NCBI GenBank assembly: GCA_030597865.1
Contig: JAUVQZ010000002.1
Span: forward strand, 1 to 45,526
Direction of reading: 5' to 3'
DNA length: 45,526 bases
Source: Pseudomonadota bacterium
GTDB lineage: Bacteria > Desulfobacterota > Desulfobulbia > Desulfobulbales > SURF-16
The notes under the pieces: model-generated
Told to the model about the DNA's origin: nothing
Databases searched by the model: none
Seen by the model: only the letters and a program-made list of their open reading frames with translations
Part shown: piece after piece, positions 37,411-45,526 of the stretch
Position numbering within the stretch: position 1 is the first letter of the stretch
How the letters are laid out: every line of letters starts with the position of its first letter
Translations under genes and position numbers: made by a program

Positions 37411-38262
37411 ATGAAACTACACAGGCATATCATTGTTACCCTTATCGCCCTCTATTTGCCGGCATCGGCCCTGGCGGCCATTGACTGGTCTGTTGACCAA
37501 AGCATTGAGACCAAGGCTAGCATCAAGCACATGGCCCCATCCTTTGACGGCAACAGCCTCTTTGTCCTCACCGGCACCAACGAGCTTGTCATGTATGATG
37601 CCTCAGGAAAGGCCCTGGGAAGCATGAAGGTTGATCCAGGCATGGACCAGATCCACCTGAGCGGTTTTCAAAAGGCCGGCGTTCCTGAACAGATCTTTGT
37701 GGCAAACTCGGCCACCGGCCAGATCCAGAGGCTCTCCTTCAGCCTGGTGGCCAAGATTGACCTCAGCGGCAGCCCGTTCCTCGGCAATGCTGACGCCCCG
37801 GTTGCCCTGGTGGTGTACAGCGACTTTCAATGACCCCACTGCGCCCAGGCAGGGGCGTTACTCGAGCAGGTGCTCGAGCAAAATCCAGACACCGTAAAAA
37901 TCGTCTTCAAACATTTCCCCCTGAGCTTTCACAAACAGGCCCCAGCCGCAGCCCAGGCAGCTATTGCTGCCCATAAACAGGGGAAATTCTGGCAGTACCA
38001 CGATCTGCTCTACGAAAACCATAAGACCCTGACCGCTCAAAGCTATGAAGGCCTTGCCACCGAGCTTGGTCTTGACCTGACCACCTTTAACCGTGACCGC
38101 ACGAGCCCCCAAACCCGTCAGCAGATGAGCGCTGACATCAATGGCGGTAAACAGGCAGGTGTCACCGGCACCCCGGCCATATTTGTCAATGGCCACCGCC
38201 TGAAAAAACGGACCCTGCAGGACATCCAGGCAATGATTGACGCGAAACTCAAAAAACCCTGA
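37411..38262 (+). CDS. DsbA-family thiol:disulfide oxidoreductase selenoprotein (U-P-H-C active site; TGA 37831-37833 read as Sec)
   Basis: Track ORFs 37411..37833 and 37870..38262 are in the same frame and are separated only by one TGA. Read-through gives ...VALVVYSDFQ-U-PHCAQAG...VKIVFKHFPLSFHKQA...GKFWQYHD...GVTGTPAIFVNG. This is a DsbA fold with Sec replacing the first Cys of CPHC. Hairpins lie downstream at 37841-37858 and 37861-37878. Confidence 0.78.
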
Positions 38263-38530
38263 TGATCGAGGATGCCCTTCGACAGGCTCAGGGTACGGCA
38301 GGAATTTACGCATGCTACCTTTGATACGTTCCGAGTATGGCAGGGGTTAAGAGATTTATTCGACACGTTCTGAATATGGCCTGGACTAAAGAGGTGGCAA
38401 GATAAAAAAAGAACTCTCCTTCACCAACAACGATACCACCCGCCTGCTCTACGGTGATCTGAACAGCAATCTCCATGAGCTGGAAAAGGGTATCGGCGTC
38501 AAGGTCAAGGCCCGGGGCACCACCCTCACA

Positions 38531-39379
38531 ATGAGTGGTGCCGAGCACGAGGTGGAGCTTGCGGCCCAGACCCTTGAGCAGCTCTACATACTCATTGAGG
38601 CCGGCTACCCGGTTTACCCCCAGGATGTGGCGTATGCCATCCACATCCTGCAGAAATCGGCCCGGGCCGACCTCAAAGAGATCTTCCTCGACCAGGTCTA
38701 TATCACCTCCAGGCAACGGGTTGTTTCCCCCAAGAGTCTCAACCAGAAGAGCTATATCGAGGGAATCCGCAACCACGACATTGCCTTTGGTATTGGTCCG
38801 GCCGGCACCGGTAAAACATATCTGGCCGTGGCCATGGCCGTGGCCGCCTATACCAGTCACCAGGTCAGCTCAATTATCCTGACCAGACCGGCGGTGGAGG
38901 CTGGTGAGCGCCTGGGGTTTCTACCCGGCGACATGGCGGAAAAAATCAACCCCTATCTCCGTCCCCTGATAGATGCCCTCAATGACATGCTGGGCCGGGA
39001 AAAGGCCAGCGAACTGGTTGAGCAGGGAGAGATCGAGATAGCCCCCCTGGCCTTTATGCGCGGCCGCACCCTCAACAATGCCTTTGTTATTCTTGATGAG
39101 GCCCAGAACACCTCCTACGAGCAGATGAAAATGTTTCTCACCCGGCTGGGCTTTAACGCCAAGGCCGTTGTCACCGGCGACATAACCCAGGTGGACCTCC
39201 CCCATGGCCAGCAGTCAGGCCTGGTGACCGCCTCTCGCATTCTAAAAAACACCCCTGGCATCAGCTTCACCCGCTTTACTGACACGGATGTGGTGCGTCA
39301 CCCCCTGGTCAGAAAGATTATCAAGGCCTATGAGGCCTCGGAAAAGAAGGCCGCTGCCAAGAAAAAGAAAGGCCCCTGA
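38531..39379 (+). CDS. phoH: PhoH-family ATPase (YbeZ-like)
   Basis: The sequence has Walker [17 protein letters not shown], then [11 protein letters not shown] and FVILDEAQN. The first ATG is at 38531, but the homologous frame is open from 38390 (see finding). Confidence 0.88.
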   Translation: MSGAEHEVELAAQTLEQLYILIEAGYPVYPQDVAYAIHILQKSARADLKEIFLDQVYITSRQRVVSPKSLNQKSYIEGIRNHDIAFGIGPAGTGKTYLAVAMAVAAYTSHQVSSIILTRPAVEAGERLGFLPGDMAEKINPYLRPLIDALNDMLGREKASELVEQGEIEIAPLAFMRGRTLNNAFVILDEAQNTSYEQMKMFLTRLGFNAKAVVTGDITQVDLPHGQQSGLVTASRILKNTPGISFTRFTDTDVVRHPLVRKIIKAYEASEKKAAAKKKKGP

Positions 39380-39381
39380 TT

Positions 39382-39828
39382 ATGCCCGTTCTGCTGAGCA
39401 ATAGGTACGGCGGCCCCTGCCATATCTGCCTTGACCTCTTTATCAAAAGGGCCGAAGAACTTCTTTGCCTGGCTGGGCTGGAAGGCCACGAACTCTCCCT
39501 GCTGCTCCTTGATGATCCGGCCATGCAGGAAATAAACAGGCAGTGGCGCCAAAAGGATAAGGCCACCAATGTCCTCTCCTTTCCCCAAGGCCTTGATGAT
39601 GATTTTGATCAGCACCCCATGCTCGGCGATATCATCATTTCCATTGACACGGCCCATCAAGAGGCAATTGATAGGGGCATCTCCCTCCACCACCATCTGA
39701 CCACCCTGCTGGTCCATGGTTTTGTTCATCTGCTGGGCCATGACCATGAGCGCTCAGACCACGATGCCGAGGAGATGTTTGGCCTCGAACACTCTTACTT
39801 ACAAGCACTAGCAACAAGGAGAACAAAG
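39382..39828 (+). CDS. ybeY: rRNA maturation endoribonuclease YbeY (no stop codon of its own; the frame continues into pdxJ)
   Basis: The zinc motif [12 protein letters not shown] is present. The ATG lies 2 nt after the phoH stop. Confidence 0.8.
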
Positions 39829-40548
39829 ATGGTTAAACTCGCCATAAATGTTGACCACGTAGCCACCCTGCGTCAGGCCCGTGGCAACACAGAACCAGAC
39901 CCGGTCACGGCCGCCGCCATTGCCGAGCTTGCCGGGGCCACTGGCATTGTTGTGCATCTCCGGGAGGACAGGCGCCATATGCAGGACCGTGATATCGACA
40001 TCCTGCGCAAGACCGTACAGACCAAGCTCAACCTGGAAATGGCAGCGGCTGAAGAGATTATTAAGATCGCCCTGGACCTGCAACCGGACATGGTCACCCT
40101 GGTTCCGGAAAAACGACAGGAGCTGACCACCGAGGGCGGCCTTGACGTGGCGGGTCAGATAAAAAAACTCAAAAAGGTTATTGCCAGGCTGGCCAAAAAG
40201 AATATTCCGGTGAGCCTCTTTATCGACCCTGACCCGGCCCAGATCCAGGCCTCAAAAGAGGTGGGCGCCACCTTTGTGGAGATCCACACCGGCCGCTATG
40301 CCGATGCCAGCAGCGAGGAGGAGGAGGATAAGGAGTTTGAGCTCATTGCAACGGCAGCCGAAGAGGCCTATGAAGCAGGTCTGCGGGTTTATGCCGGTCA
40401 CGGTCTCAACTATGTCAATGCCGGCCGGGTGGCAGCCCTGCCCACCATTGAGGAACTTTCCATCGGCCATGCTGTCATGGCCCGGGCAATCTTCACCGGC
40501 CTTGACCAGGCTGTCCGCGAGATGGTGGATATCTGCCGGTTCGCCTAA
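39829..40548 (+). CDS. pdxJ: pyridoxine 5'-phosphate synthase
   Basis: ATG 39829 lies 8 nt after AAGGAG and gives [19 protein letters not shown]...[10 protein letters not shown]...VEIHTG...HGLNY. Confidence 0.9.
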   Translation: MVKLAINVDHVATLRQARGNTEPDPVTAAAIAELAGATGIVVHLREDRRHMQDRDIDILRKTVQTKLNLEMAAAEEIIKIALDLQPDMVTLVPEKRQELTTEGGLDVAGQIKKLKKVIARLAKKNIPVSLFIDPDPAQIQASKEVGATFVEIHTGRYADASSEEEEDKEFELIATAAEEAYEAGLRVYAGHGLNYVNAGRVAALPTIEELSIGHAVMARAIFTGLDQAVREMVDICRFA

Positions 40549-40555
40549 GATACAT

Positions 40556-40610
40556 GGACCTAAAAAAAGCCCTGCTTGCCATAACGGCAAGCAGGGCTTT
40601 TTTTAGGTCC
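40556..40610. terminator. bidirectional intrinsic terminator (pdxJ / DUF342 convergent pair)
   Basis: GGACCTAAAAAAAGCCCTGCTTGCC-ATAAC-GGCAAGCAGGGCTTTTTTTAGGTCC is a perfect long palindrome. Confidence 0.9.
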
Positions 40611-40632
40611 ATGTCAGAAAAATCAGAGTGTA

Positions 40633-42084
40633 TTAATCCTGGGCGGCGGCAAAATCCCGTTCTTCCGGGGTCATGGCACGGGCATGGATGGCCTGCTTTG
40701 CCCGGTCAAACTCGATAACCACCCTCTCCTCCGGGGTCGTCAGAATCCTGCTTACCTTACCAATGGTTATCTGAACACCGGGGTGGATCTTATCGTACAC
40801 ATAGACACATTGGGTGGCCGCCTTTTCAATCTCCTCCTCAAGCTTTTCTTCAAGCTCGCTGAGCTGGTTATTGGCCTCCATAACCTTGGGCATCAGGGAG
40901 TTTAGTTTCTTGAGCTTTGCCGCATTCTCCGGGGAAAACTCTTTACCCTCATTCTTCTTCATCGCTGACAACGCAGTGATATCCTTCAACATCTCTGCAA
41001 GACGCGGCGGCCAAACCTCCTTGGCCTCCTCAATCTTTCTCTTCTTTTGCTCCAGGCTGGGGTTAAGGCCAACCACAATTTCGGTGTGAACCTCAGCATC
41101 GGAACCAATCTCCAGGGCATATAAAGAGCCGCCCAGGACATATCTGCCGCCAATGACGCCTCCCTTGCCGCGCAAGGCCTTGAGATCATTCTCCACCTTC
41201 ATGTCGCCCTGAACGACAAAATCGCGGATAATCATGTTACCCCGGGTCTCAATGGAGCCGGTATTTTCGCAAAAATCCACATCCATATCACCCCAGACAC
41301 GCACCGAGCATTCCTCACCGAGAAGACCGCCGCGAATCTTCAAACCAGACCCGGCAATAATTTCTGCGTTATTTACCCCCTCGCTGATATCAATACTACC
41401 CATACATTTGACCCGGAAGCCTGGGAGAACCTGGCCCCTGATTATCAGCTGCTTGCCACTGAAGGTGATATTGCCGACACTCATATCGACATCTGAGTTA
41501 ACGATATGCTCCTCATAAACAGCAGGCTTGCCCCCGGCCATAACAAACTTGCCCTTGACCGTGGATGTGACCCGGAGCCCATCCTCACTTAGAGAAACAC
41601 CAGGGCCGCATTTTATGGTGACATCCTTGCCATCCTTGGTGGCAATTTCCTCACCCAGAACATTACGGCCTGGAATTCCGGCGGTGGCAGCAATTTTCTC
41701 CAGGAGGAGCTGCTCCTCAGGAACATTGACGATGTTACCCAGCTCCCGAAAATCCCGCCGCTCATGGCGTGACTCCTCTAGATCCTTGGTCTGGATAACT
41801 GCGGGGCGAACAACAGGCCTTACCTTGGCATTTTCACCATATTGGGCAGGGGATCCGGTCGCAATCACCGCCTTGCCATCCTCCAGGGAGGGCATTCCCT
41901 CATTGAAGCCGTGGCAGACCCCGGCCTGCAGGACAATCTCCACCACATCCTTCCAGTCAGCTGGGTCAAAGCTTTCCGCCTGGTGGAGGGCAAAGTGGAG
42001 ATGGAGCTTATCCTTGGACAGCTGCAACGTATACCTGTCATCACAGATTTTCTGCGGGTGTGACCCAAGGGTTATCTCAGACAT
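40633..42084 (-). CDS. FapA-family (DUF342) protein
   Basis: The ~483-aa ORF has a central beta-helix-like repeat region (G.I.V.G.V...) and a C-terminal coiled coil (KLKKLNSLMPKVMEANNQLSELEEKLEEE). The family assignment is from memory. Confidence 0.7.
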   Translation of the reverse strand: MSEITLGSHPQKICDDRYTLQLSKDKLHLHFALHQAESFDPADWKDVVEIVLQAGVCHGFNEGMPSLEDGKAVIATGSPAQYGENAKVRPVVRPAVIQTKDLEESRHERRDFRELGNIVNVPEEQLLLEKIAATAGIPGRNVLGEEIATKDGKDVTIKCGPGVSLSEDGLRVTSTVKGKFVMAGGKPAVYEEHIVNSDVDMSVGNITFSGKQLIIRGQVLPGFRVKCMGSIDISEGVNNAEIIAGSGLKIRGGLLGEECSVRVWGDMDVDFCENTGSIETRGNMIIRDFVVQGDMKVENDLKALRGKGGVIGGRYVLGGSLYALEIGSDAEVHTEIVVGLNPSLEQKKRKIEEAKEVWPPRLAEMLKDITALSAMKKNEGKEFSPENAAKLKKLNSLMPKVMEANNQLSELEEKLEEEIEKAATQCVYVYDKIHPGVQITIGKVSRILTTPEERVVIEFDRAKQAIHARAMTPEERDFAAAQD

Positions 42085-42370
42085 CACATCATCCTAATTT
42101 AAAAAAAAGTTTTAATATTATCTTCCACAGGGAGAGATACTATGGCCCCTCACCCCTGCTTGTCGGCATAATTACTGATTTATTTACATTTTTTTTGGCC
42201 ATTAGACATGGAGTGCCATTGTCTAAGTCCACATGGAAGGGTCGGCCCCATGGCTACTCAAAAAAAAGCTCTTAACAACTTTACTATAAACCATGTTATT
42301 TTAGCAAGTTACTTGACAATAAGCGATGTTTTGTCTCGAGCTTAAAATCATTCAGCCCCAAAATGCCTGT

Positions 42371-42810
42371 TTATACTGGCTGAAGTTCGTTGCTCATCAG
42401 AAAAGAAAATATAGACCCAAAAAAAATCTTACCCTTTAGCCGGCAGCATGCTCTTTTCAAGGCCGGCCCTGCCCCCCCCCGACACCACCTGCGCTCATCT
42501 CCCGAAAAAGAAGCATCACATAACCGGCCCCTATGAGGATGAGGATCATCGTAGCAATGGCGACCAGCGGGACTGAGATGAATCATCTCCCCAAAACCCA
42601 CGGTGGTAACGGTAATTATGGTCATATACAGGCCATCATCAAAGGAAGCGCCCTCAATGATCATGTAACCACCGAACCAAAGGTCAAGATGGCAACGAGA
42701 ACGATGACCAAATGATAGTTTTTCCCATGGGCCTTGATATTTTTTCTTTCACGGACCTGGGGCCCGTGGCCGATAAAGAAAGTAGGCTTGGTCTTCATAT
42801 ACGTGTTCAT
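42371..42810 (-). pseudogene. degraded potassium-channel gene (pore domain only, at least 2 frameshifts, no RCK domain)
   Basis: The minus strand reads MNTYMKTKPTFFIGHG...HLVIVLVAILTFGSVV, then a frameshift, then YMIIEGASFDDGLYMTIITVTTVGFGE (K+ selectivity filter), then a second frameshift restoring IATMILILIGAGYVMLLF. A C9/G9 homopolymer lies at 42472-42480. Confidence 0.55.
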
Positions 42811-43494
42811 CTAGCCGCAGTGTCTTTTTCCGGAAAAGAGGACTGCTTGCCAGGCGAAGGGATTAATCAACATCAAAAAAAACATCTGACATGCTCTTTT
42901 TCCGGAAAAAAGGATTATTGTACTGACCAAGGTGACTTACCCACATCCCCACCTGTCACCATGCACGGTAACACCTTGAAATAATTACTAATTTAGATTT
43001 AAGGCCCTGGCGGCCCAGATATTGCTAATTAGTATTAACTAGCAAAAGCATTGATCCTTCTCCCGTCATCACAACCTGGAGGTTTAGTCATGACTACCAA
43101 GGATGTTATCAGACTGCTGATGTTAAGCCCTTTCTATTTTCGCCTTTCCCTACGCCAACGCCATAATCTTTTCCAGGAATTCTGCCGTCGTCACCAGATA
43201 TAGTACAAAAAGTACAATCCGCGTCCCTGTGTATCTTCACGGGGGCCTGTTGTCCCTGCCGCTTTACACCACCCCATTAATGAATAGCTATTCACAAAAT
43301 TGGCCCTCCATTATATTTTCGGTGGCACTCCCTGGCATCTTACGATATATTTTATCAATTTTTTAGATAGCAACTGCCTTTAGCCGTCTATGTACAGGTT
43401 ACACCTGTGCCTATGGTGGTATCAACTTTATAAAAAAGACATTATTTCATGCAGAGATAATGGCCATCAATACATACTGAGATAGGAGTATATC

Positions 43495-44178
43495 ATGAAC
43501 ATTCTTATGTTTGGTCCCAATGGTAGTGGTAAGGGCACCCAAGGTGCAATCATCCAGGAAAAAGAGGGCAACATCGCCCATATCGAATCCGGTGCTATTT
43601 TCCGTAAGAACATCGGCGGCGGTACCGAGCTTGGCATGAAGGCCAAGGAGTATAATGACCGGGGCGATCTTGTTCCCGATGATATCACCATCCCCATGAT
43701 TCTCGATCGTCTCAAGGAGGATGACTGCAAAAGCGGTTGGATCCTGGACGGCTTCCCCCGCAACAAGGTACAGGGCGAGACCCTGGCCAAGGCCCTGAAG
43801 GATGAGGGCATCAAGCTTGACTACGTGGTGGAGATCGTTCTGCCCCGCGACATCGCCAAGCTGCGCATCACCGGCCGCCGCCTCTGCGAGAACGACAACA
43901 ACCATCCCAACCACATCGCCTTTGACGCCATCAAGCCTGTGGAGAAGGACGGCAAACTGGTCTGCCGCGTCTGCGGCGGCGCCCTTTCCGCCCGCGCCGA
44001 TGACCAGGATGATACCGCCATTGATAAGCGCCATGACATCTACTATGACAACAACACCGGCACCATGGCCGCTGTCAACGTCTTTAAGGCCATGACCGGT
44101 GACACCACCGTTATTTCCGTGGATGGCCAGCCCTCCATCAAGGAAGTTACCGAGACCATGCTGGCCGGTCTGAAGTAA
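43495..44178 (+). CDS. adk: adenylate kinase (long lid variant)
   Basis: The ORF begins MNILMFGPNGSGKGTQG (P-loop) and contains GDLVPDD, ILDGFPRN and a lid insertion. TAGGAG lies upstream. Confidence 0.93.
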   Translation: MNILMFGPNGSGKGTQGAIIQEKEGNIAHIESGAIFRKNIGGGTELGMKAKEYNDRGDLVPDDITIPMILDRLKEDDCKSGWILDGFPRNKVQGETLAKALKDEGIKLDYVVEIVLPRDIAKLRITGRRLCENDNNHPNHIAFDAIKPVEKDGKLVCRVCGGALSARADDQDDTAIDKRHDIYYDNNTGTMAAVNVFKAMTGDTTVISVDGQPSIKEVTETMLAGLK

Positions 44179-44206
44179 TTTCAGCCCCCACACCTGCTGT
44201 ACGCAT

Positions 44207-44240
44207 AAAAAAAGCCAGGGCCTATGCCCCGGCTTTTTTT
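44207..44240 (+). terminator. intrinsic terminator after adk
   Basis: AAAAAAAGCCAGGGCC-TAT-GCCCCGGCTTTTTTTT. Confidence 0.75.
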
Positions 44241-44315
44241 TATGCTCTTCACGGATTACCGTGAAACCTTTGCTCTTGGTGTTTTGTTTTCCCCCATTCA
44301 GCCCTGAACTCCCAC

Positions 44316-44381
44316 CCCTTCGACAGGCTCAGGGTACGGTCTCCGACAGGCTCAGGATACGGTCCCTGAGCCTGTCGAAGG
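44316..44381. repeat. palindromic repeat element (18-bp inverted arms) with a 24-nt partial copy at 38275-38298
   Basis: CCTTCGACAGGCTCAGGG (44317-44334) is the exact reverse complement of CCCTGAGCCTGTCGAAGG (44364-44381). An internal direct repeat is CGACAGGCTCAGG(G/A)TACGGT. The string CCCTTCGACAGGCTCAGGGTACGG recurs identically at 38275-38298. Confidence 0.8.
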
Positions 44382-44417
44382 GCCCGGCGGAAGGCGAGTG
44401 GTGCCAAAGGCCAAGGC

Positions 44418-45392
44418 TCAATGCGCTTGGCTATTTCTTTGAAATTTCTGAATACGGTTGTTGCCAAAATCAACAATATAGATATTGCCATTATCATCAA
44501 GGGCAATATCCGTCGGATATTTAAATTGCCCTAAGCCCTCGCCTTCAGCGCCGATGGCTCCCAGGAACACGCCTCTTTCGGTGAATTTCTGGATGCGGTG
44601 ATTATAAAAATCAGCCACAAAGACATTGCCCTCCGGCCCAACCTCCACGGCAATGGCGACCTTGAACCAGCCATGACCACTGCCCGGGATGTTGATGGCC
44701 AGCAGCCCCCCCCATTTGCGGACAAATTCTCCGTCAGGCCCAAATACCTGGATGCGGTCATTATAGGCATCTGCCACCAGCAGGCTGCCGTCACCCAAGA
44801 GCGTCACATCGGTGGGATAATTGAAGAGGCCCGCCTTGATCCCCTTTTTTTCTGTTACGCCGTATTGGCGGATGAACTTTCCGTCAGAATCCAGGAGTTG
44901 AACCCTATGGTTAAAAAAGTCAGCCACATAGAGGCGGTCTTTTTCATCAATCGCCACCCCGCCTGGACTGTCGAACTGACCTGGCCCCGAACCTGGGGAG
45001 CCCATCATTGCAGAGGGCTTGCCAGTTAGGGAAAATGTCTGGATGCGGTCATTGCCAAACTCTGCCACATAGAGTCTCCCCTTGCTGATATCCATGAGCA
45101 TGGGCCGGGCAAGTTCACCAGAGCCATGCCCTTGGCGCCCGAAGCTGCGGAGGAAATTGCCGTCAGGATCAAATACCTGTATCCGGTTATTCCCCGCATC
45201 GCTGACAAATATCTCCCTGCCGGCAATGGCAACACCAATGGGCTCGTTGAATTGACCTGGGCCGTTGCCAGCGCTCCCCCAGGCCCGCACGAAGGTATAG
45301 CCCGGTTCCCGGGCCGAGGAAAACCCGGTGCAGCCGGTTAAAAGACATAAAAAAACAAGAAGTACATTAACGCCCGTTTTTTTTGTTTCCAT
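44418..45392 (-). CDS. NHL-repeat six-bladed beta-propeller lipoprotein
   Basis: ATG 45392 lies 7 nt after AGGTGA and gives METKKTGVNVLLVFLCLLTGC (lipobox). Repeated motifs (G.F..P.GVA.D....YVAD..N.RIQ.F) are typical of NHL repeats. Confidence 0.85.
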   Translation of the reverse strand: METKKTGVNVLLVFLCLLTGCTGFSSAREPGYTFVRAWGSAGNGPGQFNEPIGVAIAGREIFVSDAGNNRIQVFDPDGNFLRSFGRQGHGSGELARPMLMDISKGRLYVAEFGNDRIQTFSLTGKPSAMMGSPGSGPGQFDSPGGVAIDEKDRLYVADFFNHRVQLLDSDGKFIRQYGVTEKKGIKAGLFNYPTDVTLLGDGSLLVADAYNDRIQVFGPDGEFVRKWGGLLAINIPGSGHGWFKVAIAVEVGPEGNVFVADFYNHRIQKFTERGVFLGAIGAEGEGLGQFKYPTDIALDDNGNIYIVDFGNNRIQKFQRNSQAH

Positions 45393-45445
45393 CAGAAATT
45401 CACCTTCGCAACTGTGCAAACTCTAAGGTTTTTGGATAGGGGTTT

Positions 45446-45526
45446 AGGCTGTAGGCTGTAGGCTGTAGGCTGTAGGCTGTAGGCTGTAGGCTGTAGGCTG
45501 TAGGCTGTAGGCTGTAGGCTGTAGGC
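45446..45526. repeat. heptanucleotide tandem repeat (AGGCTGT)x11.5 running off the right edge
   Basis: Direct reading shows 11 perfect copies plus 4 nt, truncated by the end of the window. Confidence 0.97.

Noticed and set aside
37831-37869. The DsbA-like locus could be two separate genes or a pseudogene.
   Set aside because: The TGA replaces exactly the catalytic Cys of CPHC, the frame is uninterrupted otherwise, the downstream piece would start at an internal GTG with no ribosome-binding site, and hairpins follow the TGA. Sec recoding is the simpler explanation. A pseudogene remains possible only if the genome lacks sel genes.
44249-44524. Overlapping 85-aa and 87-aa ORFs on opposite strands downstream of adk.
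   Set aside because: Both are generated by the palindromic repeat element and the flanking 3' end of the NHL gene. They are not credible genes.

Overview
This chromosomal window starts inside a 16S rRNA gene (minus strand: the 5' ~367 nt plus leader and promoter) and ends in an (AGGCTGT)n tandem repeat. It holds about 45 protein genes, mostly housekeeping: larB, prmA, rsmE, dtd, ychF, a DEAD-box helicase, pyrE, an RNase II/R-family enzyme, era, gltX, glnS and fbp. It also holds an acetyl-CoA carboxylase operon (accC, fused accA-accD, a BCCP-like gene, birA), corC-lnt, prfB with its programmed +1 frameshift, phoH-ybeY-pdxJ and adk. The gene content suggests a Desulfobacterota-type anaerobe, but I cannot verify the taxonomy. 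The main result is at 23.8-25.9 kb on the minus strand, where the six-frame track cannot show a gene. A strong Shine-Dalgarno (SD) site and a GTG start open a 122-codon frame that runs through five in-frame TGA codons. The TGAs are spaced 63/63/63/60 nt, and each sits in a Ser-Ser-TGA-Gly context. The first four are each followed 11-14 nt later by a covarying 6-bp-stem, 5-nt-loop hairpin resembling the minimal bacterial selenocysteine insertion sequence (SECIS). This frame lies 113 nt upstream of a radical SAM/SPASM maturase that looks like SbtM, the thio(seleno)oxazole-forming enzyme. I interpret it as a tandem-repeat, multi-selenocysteine SbtA-like RiPP precursor, or alternatively a secreted poly-Sec peptide. 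A second hidden selenoprotein is a DsbA-like oxidoreductase whose CPHC active site reads U-P-H-C (TGA at 37831). UGA is otherwise an ordinary stop here: the prfB autoregulatory CTT-TGA-C site is present and several genes end in TGA. Other points are a continuous ybeY-pdxJ reading frame, a degraded K+ channel gene, a 56-aa dual-CXXC protein missed by the track, palindromic repeat elements, and start-codon or frameshift oddities in phoH and corC. All product calls rest on motifs read by eye. No database search was possible.
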